64,000 nt of DNA from a virus. This document shows positions 44,337-54,200 of the stretch, in pieces; position 1 is the first letter of the stretch; the number at the start of each line of letters is the position of its first letter. The notes beneath the pieces were generated by a model. The model was not told the DNA's origin, did no database searches, and saw only the letters and a program-made list of their open reading frames with translations. The stretch is taken from IMG/VR virus record IMGVR_UViG_3300020438_000001, positions 1 through 64,000 of that record. The stretch is one strand, 5' to 3'. The position numbers and the translations under genes were made by a program.

Positions 44337-44997
44337 CTCCTGGTGTTGATAATATTATATTAATTCTTTTTTGTAAAATTTGATTAGTTACTGAATTCGC
44401 CATAGATAATGAAATCGGAAAAGGGAATTCCCAGTCATACTCGCAAGCTGAAATAATTGGATTTTTTGCGCTCGTACAGTAGTTCATCTTCCATACTTCA
44501 GTAGGATCTTCGAATACTCCTGTTACCTTGACTGCTTCAATCAACATATCGCAACTTATGTATAAGTAACCATTCTTAAGATACCATCTCGCATTTGAAC
44601 TTGTGTATTTGTTATATTTGTTCCACTTGCGTCTTGTATCAGTAGTCTCTGAGAATGCTCTCGCACCATCTAAAGACTCAACAGCTAATATACTATCTCT
44701 ATTATTTCTTTGCACTGTAGTCGGGATTGGGCTAATAGACTTAAGGACATGTACCCCCATGTCTACCTCACAGCATTCAGAAGCGTCTACTGGCTCTAAA
44801 TACACGCAGTTTAGATATTCCGTGCATGAGGCCGGTACTCGAACTTTTCTACTCATCATTTGTGTGAGTAGCATTGATCTTTCCTGCATGACCCAAAATG
44901 CACATTGTCTGAAACTAACATCTGCATCGTCAGAGCTTTCTCCTCCGTATGCGATATTAATTATATCATAAACTATCTTATTTAAATTTATTGCCAT
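44272..44997 (-). CDS. Hypothetical virion-module protein
   Basis: 241-aa ORF in the operon context. Confidence 0.65.
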   Translation of the reverse strand: MAINLNKIVYDIINIAYGGESSDDADVSFRQCAFWVMQERSMLLTQMMSRKVRVPASCTEYLNCVYLEPVDASECCEVDMGVHVLKSISPIPTTVQRNNRDSILAVESLDGARAFSETTDTRRKWNKYNKYTSSNARWYLKNGYLYISCDMLIEAVKVTGVFEDPTEVWKMNYCTSAKNPIISACEYDWEFPFPISLSMANSVTNQILQKRINIILSTPGDETNNANGDRLPGPTRQQAGN

Positions 44998-45001
44998 TCG
45001 C

Positions 45002-46144
45002 TTAAATATTTACCTGTAAATAACCTTCACATCCCTTTTCCTTATTCCATATATATGCTTGAGCACATCTCGATGCGGAATAACCCATCAGTTTGTGCCA
45101 AGAATCGTTAGCGCATATTGAAGGAATAAATCTTACTTTAATTCCTCTATACTCGTTAACCATTTCTTTATGAAGATGTCCACAATGAACTTCTCTAAAT
45201 GTAGTTCGTGCAAACATCATCGGCTGCTCTGTAGCCATTATAAGTGGCATATTCGCAGCTTTCTCTTTATCTCCATGAGTAAACATAATCATGTTAGTTC
45301 CATATTCATAATACTTTCTTCCTTCTGTATTATTGTCTACACTAACATTATCATCTTTCATATACCACGCAGATAAAACTTCACCTGCATAGAACATACG
45401 CTCATGATCATGATTCCCCTGAATAACAACAACATCTACTGGAGCATACTGACTTAAATAATTTATAGCTTTTATCATTAGTTTCGTATACCCAACAAAA
45501 GATTGCTGCCAATCCATTGTATCATCTTGAGGAGTTCCCTTTGTTGTAGCTCTACTAGCACCTTCAGAATTCATTCCGTCGTTACCTATAGGCAGTAAGA
45601 ATCTTTCTATATTTAATCCTTTTGCTCGCTGATGTAACTCTTGAATTGAATTCATATAATTAACTTCAGCCTGCTCTGGACTAATACCCGTTCTCTTACC
45701 ATAATGAATATCCGGTAAAGATATTTCATATACAACAGGGTTTTCCTTTCTTATATCATACGACTTTTTTAATGTCGTAGGAGATATAGATTTTAAACTT
45801 TCAAAGAACTCATCTTTAACTTCTCTTATAGCTTGGTCTCCCTCTTTAGTCACTATTGAATAACGAGTTTCACCTTGCATTGTTTGCCATATCTTCACAG
45901 ACTTGACATTGGATCGGTCCCATCCTTGCGCTGTTAGTAGGGCATCAAAATCAGAATCATTAATATTTATATTATCATTAACTTCTTCTTCTTCCCTTTC
46001 CCATTTAAATCCTCCAGCACTTTTACGCTGACCTTTTAATACTCTACAGATACTTCCTTTATCAATATCTGTTTTATCTGACGCCTCTGTTATGCTCTGG
46101 TAACGTCCCACCAGTTGACCTTCGTACGTGATCTGTAATATCAT
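45002..46144 (-). CDS. Calcineurin-like metallophosphoesterase with an N-terminal NUMOD1-like helix-turn-helix
   Basis: MPP motifs in order: LPDIHYG (DxH), PIGNDGM (GD/GND), IQGNHDHE (GNHD/E), FTHGDK and HCGHLH (GHxH). The N-terminus YQSITEASDKTDIDKGSICRVLKGQRKSAGGFKWE resembles the HTH modules of phage homing endonucleases. Confidence 0.8.
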   Translation of the reverse strand: MILQITYEGQLVGRYQSITEASDKTDIDKGSICRVLKGQRKSAGGFKWEREEEEVNDNININDSDFDALLTAQGWDRSNVKSVKIWQTMQGETRYSIVTKEGDQAIREVKDEFFESLKSISPTTLKKSYDIRKENPVVYEISLPDIHYGKRTGISPEQAEVNYMNSIQELHQRAKGLNIERFLLPIGNDGMNSEGASRATTKGTPQDDTMDWQQSFVGYTKLMIKAINYLSQYAPVDVVVIQGNHDHERMFYAGEVLSAWYMKDDNVSVDNNTEGRKYYEYGTNMIMFTHGDKEKAANMPLIMATEQPMMFARTTFREVHCGHLHKEMVNEYRGIKVRFIPSICANDSWHKLMGYSASRCAQAYIWNKEKGCEGYLQVNI

Positions 46145-46157
46145 AATTCATTAATTT

Positions 46158-46505
46158 TTATTTTTTCTCACAAGCAGGACAATCCCAACCTTCTACTTTA
46201 GAAGCTAAACATGCACACAACTGTACAAACTTTGCATTCAAAGCTGCAATCTCAACTTCCTGTACATTGTTCTTTTCTAAGTTAGATACAATAGCTGTAG
46301 CATTAGTTGAAATAGTTGTTTTGTTAGTTTGAACTTGAGCTTCTAAACTCTCTAAATCAAAGTCTAATTCAAAGTTTGCTTCAATAGTAGTTAATAGTTC
46401 ATTCCAATCCCAGCTAGCATTTCTACCTGGATTAAAACCAGATTTTACGATTCTTTGCCCGCTTGCTTGCTTTACTCTAAATTTATCTAAAGGTCTTTTT
46501 GCCAT
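46158..46505 (-). CDS. Hypothetical protein (helical, C-terminal CxxC)
   Basis: 115-aa ORF whose C-terminus reads WDCPACEKK. Confidence 0.55.
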   Translation of the reverse strand: MAKRPLDKFRVKQASGQRIVKSGFNPGRNASWDWNELLTTIEANFELDFDLESLEAQVQTNKTTISTNATAIVSNLEKNNVQEVEIAALNAKFVQLCACLASKVEGWDCPACEKK

Positions 46506-47062
46506 TATTTTTTTATTTTAAAATTATACATTACTCCTATATTATGTGTCTTGTCTAGAACCCCATACCTATAAGAATAAGAGGTGCCTCTTTTATCTGT
46601 TAAGCCAAGCATAGGAGAAAAATTGAATTTATCAGTATTCCCTCCTACCTCAAGACCTAAATTCAAACTAAAACTAGACGGTTGTCTAATAGTAGTTTGA
46701 TTAGTATTAATAATTACTGTATCAGTTTGTATAATATACTGAGGAAACCTCGGAGTATAATTTATTTTCTGATCAAGCAACTTACCATTAACTGATGTCC
46801 AAACTGATCCTGTTAGCAAACTATCAGAGAAATCATTTAAGTACTCGCTAGTACTATCATTGATTACTACTGGAGTGTTTATTTTTATATACAACTTATG
46901 AACAACAGTATCAATAAATTTTATTGTATCAATAAATGTTATTCTAGTAGTATCAGTTTCAGTTATTACAATATCATCAGTATTAGTTCTACATCCTTCT
47001 GAATTAATAATATATAGAAAAAGCCCTATTAAAACTATTATCCATATGTTATTCTTATTCAT
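46505..47062 (-). CDS. Hypothetical membrane-anchored or secreted protein
   Basis: The start is moved to the ATG at 47062 (MNKNNIWIIVLIGLFLYIINSEGC...), which overlaps the upstream TGA by 1 nt. It has an N-terminal hydrophobic segment. Confidence 0.55.
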   Translation of the reverse strand: MNKNNIWIIVLIGLFLYIINSEGCRTNTDDIVITETDTTRITFIDTIKFIDTVVHKLYIKINTPVVINDSTSEYLNDFSDSLLTGSVWTSVNGKLLDQKINYTPRFPQYIIQTDTVIINTNQTTIRQPSSFSLNLGLEVGGNTDKFNFSPMLGLTDKRGTSYSYRYGVLDKTHNIGVMYNFKIKK

Positions 47063-47277
47063 CAGTTCCAAAATATTAACTTGGTTAACACTCCCGCAAG
47101 TGCTACCCAAATTGACCATAAGACTTTTGTAGTTGATTTACGAAAAGACGTATTCTTATTTACTCTTGCTGTAACTCCTACATCTGGATCTAAAAGTTTC
47201 GTTTTAATAAATCTAACATCTTCTTTTATATCTGCGAGTTTCTCGTCGAGCTCTAAGTTTGTTATACGTCTTCCCAT
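47062..47277 (-). CDS. Hypothetical small protein with a C-terminal transmembrane segment
   Basis: 71-aa ORF whose C-terminus VLWSIWVALAGVLTKLIFW is hydrophobic. Confidence 0.5.
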   Translation of the reverse strand: MGRRITNLELDEKLADIKEDVRFIKTKLLDPDVGVTARVNKNTSFRKSTTKVLWSIWVALAGVLTKLIFWN

Positions 47278-47288
47278 TACTTCATAGT

Positions 47289-47705
47289 TTATTCAATTAT
47301 TAAAAGTCCCATTAGAGGTTTCATGATATTTGCATCCATTCCATAATCTTTTAAATCTTCAAGTTTAATTGGAATTAAATCAAATGTAACTTCTTCTTCT
47401 AAAACTGCGCTCCATCTTTCATTAGCTGTCTCAAGATTATCACCAAAATCAATTTGGTTTTGTTCGCTTCTAATAGCATTTCCATGCTCGTCTTTAGTAG
47501 CAAGATCTTCAACTAACTGTTTATGTGCTTCATTAGTTTGGAAAACTAAAGTAGCAATATTATCTAAATTTTGAGAGATAGTATGCCATACTCTTGTTTC
47601 TTTACTATTGATGTATGCAAGCCCTTGACTTACAGTTAACAGTTCTTTTTTCTTCATTGTTTTACTTAGTGAAGAAGTTTTCATCTCTTTTACTTTTGTA
47701 CTCAT
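47289..47705 (-). CDS. Hypothetical protein
   Basis: 138-aa ORF in the operon context. Confidence 0.6.
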   Translation of the reverse strand: MSTKVKEMKTSSLSKTMKKKELLTVSQGLAYINSKETRVWHTISQNLDNIATLVFQTNEAHKQLVEDLATKDEHGNAIRSEQNQIDFGDNLETANERWSAVLEEEVTFDLIPIKLEDLKDYGMDANIMKPLMGLLIIE

Positions 47706-47737
47706 GTTATTGTTTTTAAATTAATACTAATTACCTA

Positions 47738-48055
47738 TTACATACTAGGTGTTAATACGATATATAATTGACCTGGTACTGCTGCTACTCCTAAATCACC
47801 AGCTGTTGAGATGCTTTTATATTCAGCTTCTCCTGCTGCTGGTTTTATAATAACAACTAAATCACCTACCTTAAGACTTCCAAAGTCTGTAGTTTGTGAT
47901 ACTGCAGTAGCAATAATTAAATCGCGTAACCCTATATTATTCATTTCTGTTATCTTCTTGTTCATATCTTTAGTAGTTGTGTATCTTTGGAAAAAAGACG
48001 CACCTAAAGATTTTACTTTAGCATATAACGAAATATCTGTTTTTTGTACTCCCAT
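47738..48055 (-). CDS. Hypothetical protein
   Basis: 105-aa ORF in the operon context. Confidence 0.6.
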   Translation of the reverse strand: MGVQKTDISLYAKVKSLGASFFQRYTTTKDMNKKITEMNNIGLRDLIIATAVSQTTDFGSLKVGDLVVIIKPAAGEAEYKSISTAGDLGVAAVPGQLYIVLTPSM

Positions 48056-48210
48056 TATCTTGTATTTTTTATTTTATTAATAATTCTTTTTACTTTATTT
48101 TCTAACTTCATATACTCTTTCCCTTCTTCATACCCCATATTTCTAGTTAGGTCCCAATAGTATTTGGATTTATTTTTAAACATTCTGCAAATATATGAAA
48201 AATAATTCAT
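48055..48210 (-). CDS. Hypothetical small basic protein (doubtful)
   Basis: The ORF track gives 48055-48240. The internal ATG at 48210 overlaps the stop of the 3677-aa gene by 1 nt (TAATG), which would give 51 aa. Confidence 0.35.
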   Translation of the reverse strand: MNYFSYICRMFKNKSKYYWDLTRNMGYEEGKEYMKLENKVKRIINKIKNTR

Positions 48211-51200
48211 TACACACAGTCGGATAAATATTCTTTCCATAATTCAAATAATCTATTAGCGTCCATCTGATCAATAGGAATGTCTGGTATATAAAAGTCC
48301 ATACCATAATTACTTAATGATCCTCCTTTGTATCCTGTTGTATGAGTAGGATCTCCTCCTCCCGACGCTCCCATATACATATTTGGAATTGTTGGGTCTG
48401 TTACACAATAAGCCTGCATTCCAAAAGCTGCTGGCACATCATAATAATCTGAACAACTTACATGTCCTGTTAAATTTACTGTTCCGGGTTTACCTCCAAT
48501 AGCTTGATAGATATGATAGAACATATCTCTAATAGAGTCACTGAATTGTGGAGACGGTACATTGTCTGATCCTAAATATAACATTACTCTATTTGTAGCT
48601 TCATTAAGTTGAGCAGCTCCTACATTTACATTACCATTAAGATCAATACCATATCTATAAGCATCCATATAATTATCATAATGTAATTTCCAAGTTGTTG
48701 TTAAATTACCTCCTGCGTCTAATCCATAATTATTCCAATCCGTAGCAGGCACTCCATTATCTAATGGATTACCACACGTACCTATTGGATTAGTAAATAC
48801 ATTATTTGTAACTACACCATTATTATTTGCTGTGTAATAACCAATAGTAGCTTCATCACATATAATCATTGTAATAGCACTTCTATCTCCACCTTCAAAT
48901 TCATGATAAGGATCACTAAATCCTTCATAGCCTGTTGCGTCTTGCCAAGGATTAAGTTGCGTAAACCCATCAGTTGCATAACTACCTGGTAATATTAGTA
49001 TATCTTTAACTAGACTATCCATAGTTATAAGGTAATTACCACAAGCTAGTGGCGCACCTCCCACACCATTAATTATTGTTGATTGGAATGGAATTTTATT
49101 AGCATTAGGTAATGTACTTCCAGTAAATGGATTTGGCATAGGTCCGTTAGCTCCTGCATTACCAGTTATCGGATATGTAGCCCAAGCTAACCAATCTTCA
49201 TATGGAGTACCACTACTTGAAGGAACTGTTTGTCCTGTTCCATTATAGTTAGTACAACTATGAGATACATTAGGACCAGGTATTATATATAAATGTCCTC
49301 CATATTGCGGATACTCTGCTTTTAATTGATTAAATGCTGGAATAACTACATTAGTTTTAAACTGAGATATTTTTGTTAATTTATCAAATGCGTTTCCACT
49401 GAATGTTGAAGACATATCAAATATTACATAGAGATTTGAATTACCAAAACAATCATCACATATTACTTCATTCGCCTCTAAACCAAATGGAGGATTACAA
49501 TCATCACACATGTCTGCAACCTTTTCCATTAATATTTGCATATCAGGATCTTCAATGCAGTTCACACAATCTCCTTCATATACTCCTCCGTCAGGATCAT
49601 AACTAGCACAGTTTATAGCACAATCTGCTAGTGAGCTATACTGTCCCGTTCCACCTATTACTGTAACACATCCAGCTGTAGGATCACAATCCCATGTAGT
49701 TAAGGCTCCTGTACAGAATGGATTTAGAACACAACCATTACAAGCTGCACATGCTGCTAAACCTCCGTTACCATTATTCCATGTTCCAGATCCATCTCCT
49801 GGGTCTATACATGTACTTACACCTGATGCATCAATTATACAATTCCACGATTCAACATAACATGGTTGAGTATTACTTGCTATTGCAGCATTACAATCAA
49901 CAAGAGATGCAAAAAGTCCAGAACCATTTCCAGGGTCTTGGCACGTAAGTGTTGTTGAGCCTGGCGTAAATTGTCCACAATCAAATGAAACAGGTGTATT
50001 AACACAACAGTTTGCTCCTCCGTTTGGATTATTTACAGCAGTCTGGCAATCAGTTAAAGTTGCAAAAGCTCCTGATGATCCTTGAGCTGGTACACAATTA
50101 CAAGATGTATCACAATCCCAAGAGGTTGAAGGGCAACAATCTACTCCTGTATTAGGATTTATATTAGCTAAACATTGTGCTTCACTTGGCCATCCTGCTG
50201 CCGGACCTAACTGACAATCACATGGGCCCACACACGACCATTGCTGACCTCCATTACTACAAGTTGCACATGATGCATAAGTAGTATCTACTGTAACTAT
50301 TATACATGTTAGTGGATCACAGTTTTGGCTTATATCAATATAATAACATTCTGTAGTACCATTAACTTGTACAATCTCTCCTGCTAAAAATGCATTATCT
50401 ATATCTACATTTGGACATACATTATCTATTATATCATTAGGGTCAGTACAATTTATAAGTTTATAGCAATCTAAAGGATTACCACTATCACAATCAAGGC
50501 AATCAACATATACATTATTTATTGTTACAGTTCCTGCTGGTACACACGCAGCTCCTGGAGTTGAAGAACATGGTCCACATACTCCTGGTAAATAACATGT
50601 TGAATCATCTAAACCTGGAACAGTTACTGGACCTACTAAATCTACAACTGATCCTACAACACCTGATAAATCATTTGTTACTGTTATACATGATGTACTT
50701 GATATACAATCACACCTAGAACTAGCAATAGCAAAAGATACACCTGGACCTACAATTCCGTAATGAGCATTTATAAGTGTATTAGTACCAAAGTATGGTG
50801 TACCAGGATTTGTAACTCCGGCTACTCCTAACAGTATAAGATTATCTAATAAGTCAGACCATGTAGCAAAACCAGCAGACATTCCTGCAGGAGGAGTCGT
50901 TGTACCCGGCATATAAACAGCAATAGTTCCGTTATTAGGAAATGGAGCATAGAACTCTCTATAATGTCCTCCTCCTGGAGCTGGACAGAAATCTGTACCA
51001 TTTGGCTGAATATTATTACCATATTTATGACCAACCATTACTGTATTATTCAAACCATTAGCAGGAATAGAAATAAATTGCAGAGCGTCTCCTGCGCCCC
51101 CACTTGTTCCTACCATAATTTCTGTAAGAGCAGAACAACTATCACTGCTAGGAGTACTTCCAGCACATGGGCATAATTCATAGCATAATTGATTAACTGC

Positions 51201-54200
51201 ACAACAATCTGTACAATCTAAATGATCTTGTGTTACTACTACTGCCACTGCTCCCGTTGGTGGGCATGGTTGTGGTGTACAGTCTATTTCATAACATGCT
51301 CCTGGATATAAATCTATTTCTACAACAGTACCATTACCTACAGTTCCATTACAGTACCCACTTAAATCTGTCGTCGTAACCACTGTTTGTGGTACTCCTA
51401 GTATTGTATTACATGCACATAAGTTAAGAGTATAACATTGATTAGCTTGAGTTGTACAGTCTAAACAATCTGCACCTTGTGTTGAACTAACTGGTACAAC
51501 AGGTGTTGTATCTACATAGCCACTTGGTAATGAAGGTAGATATTGTACATCCCAACATCTTAATCCTGCTGGAGTACCATCATCCCAATCCATTATTCCT
51601 GGTGCAACAGGAGTTAAATTTGGAAAGTCTGTAGAATGATATACTAAAGGAGTACATCCTGTTAAACAGTATTCATCCTCACATGCATAATTTGCACTTG
51701 GATTTCCATAAATACCACAAAAAGCTCTTTGCTCATATATACCACTTGCTCCTGCAAGACCTGTTGGGAATACTGATGAGAACTGAGCTGTTGTAGCCCA
51801 CGGTCCCATTAAAGCATCTGAATTAGCAGTTCCACATACTACATTTCCACAGGTAGAATTACCTGCTCCTTGATAACAAGGACATCCACAAGGAGCTCCT
51901 GTTAACGCAGTACATAATGCTTGATCCCAAAATATATCATGACCTAATCCAAATGCATGCCCAAGCTCGTGAGTTACAACTAATTGTAAATCAAAACTAT
52001 CAGCAACTACTGGATCTGGAACACCCATACCTTTTCTCCAATCCTCATTGGCATCAATCATCATAAAGCTATTCCAACTAGTATTTCTTACTCCGGCTCC
52101 TCCATTACCTGGAACCATATTTGGGTCTGGGCTATAAGCATAAGCAAGAACGCCTAACTTACTTCCTAAACTAGAACAACTAGTATTACATGGCCCATAA
52201 CCAAATCTAAAATCTCCTATATTACTAACTCCATTCATATCTGTATAAGTACCATTAGCTTGAGCGGTTGCTATTCCTATTGCTGGTGTTATACCTGCTG
52301 CAGCACTTTCTACGCCTACATCTGTAAAGGTTACTGTAAGGTCCGCTCCATAACCACAAGTTGTATTAAATCTACCTTCAATTACTTCTTTCATTTTTTG
52401 GAAACATCCTGCAATTTCAGCTTTAAACTGAGCAATATCTATTGTATATGTTTTTGCATAAACTGCACATCCCGGAGTTCTTCCGTTTGGATTTGCTGTT
52501 GTTGGACCTTGTTCAAAACTTAAAGTAACTCCTGCCCCACTTTGTCCTGGAACTTGTGTGCCTGGTGCACAGAAACTATAAGTAAAATCTAATTGTTGTG
52601 CTACACCTGGTACTAATTGAGTTCCTAAATTCTGAACTGCATCTACTAAGCATTGCATTCTTTGAGGTCCTGGAGCTTGACATGTAGGAGACCAAGACTT
52701 ACCGTTAGCAACCATTGCTGCTGGTTGATTAGCCGGATCTGATATATCGCATAAATTAGTTACAGCTCCCCCTCCTGTGCAATCACATTCTGTAATTTCA
52801 AATCCATCTTGTCCTCCTGGGCTACCAACACAATTTGCATCTGAACAATCTGGATAATTATTAGTTATTAGAATTGCTTGTATATTAGCTGGATCACAGT
52901 CACAAGGTCCCCATAAATATGTAGGGAATTTTGTTCCCATTACTCTACCTCCTATATTATAGATAGTAGCACTCATACCAAGTGGGCCCATTCCTCCATT
53001 ACCATCTATTTGGCTTGCAATATTTGCTCCAATAGGATCTTCTGGATCTGCAATAACTCCAATACATGCACTTATATTTCCTGCAGGTCCAGGAGCAGTA
53101 CCTACTTTTCCTGGATATAGATCGTCAGTATTTACATTTTGCATAGCGAAACCAATCATACCATTAGGCATTAAAGCTATATCACCTATACTCGGTCCAT
53201 CTTCACCTGGCCAGTATGGATATTTCCATCCATTTACTTGTGTATCATCTGGAGCTCCTCTTGTAGTCCAATTATCATAAACTGGGTCAGGAAGTAAATC
53301 TGACCAACTATCAACGGTCATTCTTTTAATTGTACCTGCTGATTGTAAAGAACTTGGTACAGCATCATTTGCCCAATACACATGTGTTGAGTTTTGTGTA
53401 ATAGCAATCTGACCAGCGCTATCACCCCAGTTTCCACCAGAGCCTCCAAATTGTCCAGTACCTATAGCTCCTAGCATTTGATAAACACCATTCCAAGCTC
53501 CTCCATTCCAAGCATTTGTCTGTGTTAAAACAGGATCTCCTGGTCCTGTCATTGTTCCATTAGACATATTTAGTGACCAAGCTACAACCATACAACCATC
53601 ATTAGCTCCGGCTGTATTATCTACCCAGATACCACAATGAGCAAATACTTTATTATTAGGACCTACTAACATTTCTCCTGAACACTGTTGCTTTAATGTG
53701 AATGTTTGAAGACCGTTATTTAGTGCAAAATCTAAAGCTGTAAACTCTACTCCCCAAACTCCGTTTACAATAGGAATACCGAATACAGCTTGATTCACAT
53801 AATCAAATGAACTACTCATTTTCTTTCTAAAGTAAAAATAGAAATTACCTGTATTATCTGTGTTTGTTACACACATATGTTCAGTAGAAATTCCATTTGC
53901 AATAAGTACTGTATTTTTAGTTGCTGATACTACTCGTCCTTTACCGCCATTGAGAGTCATATCTACAATAGACCAATATATTGGACCATCCTTAACTGTA
54001 TTACATACAACATACCATTGATGGTATAATCCACCTGTACTTCCTCCGTCTGTTTTAGGGAAATATAATGCTCCCTGTTGTGGGAATACTCTACCTTCAT
54101 AACCTCCAGTTCCAAGAGGGTCTCCTCCTGATAGTCCTGCTGCAGCTCCTGTATCATCAAGCATAAGAGTATGCGTTGAATCATATATTAAATGTCCATC

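Noticed and set aside
46505-47277. A lysis cassette reading (holin plus spanin) for the 71-aa protein with a C-terminal TM segment and the protein with an N-terminal TM segment.
   Set aside because: A single TM segment each, no adjacent endolysin gene and no lipobox. The evidence is insufficient, so they are annotated only as membrane-associated hypotheticals.
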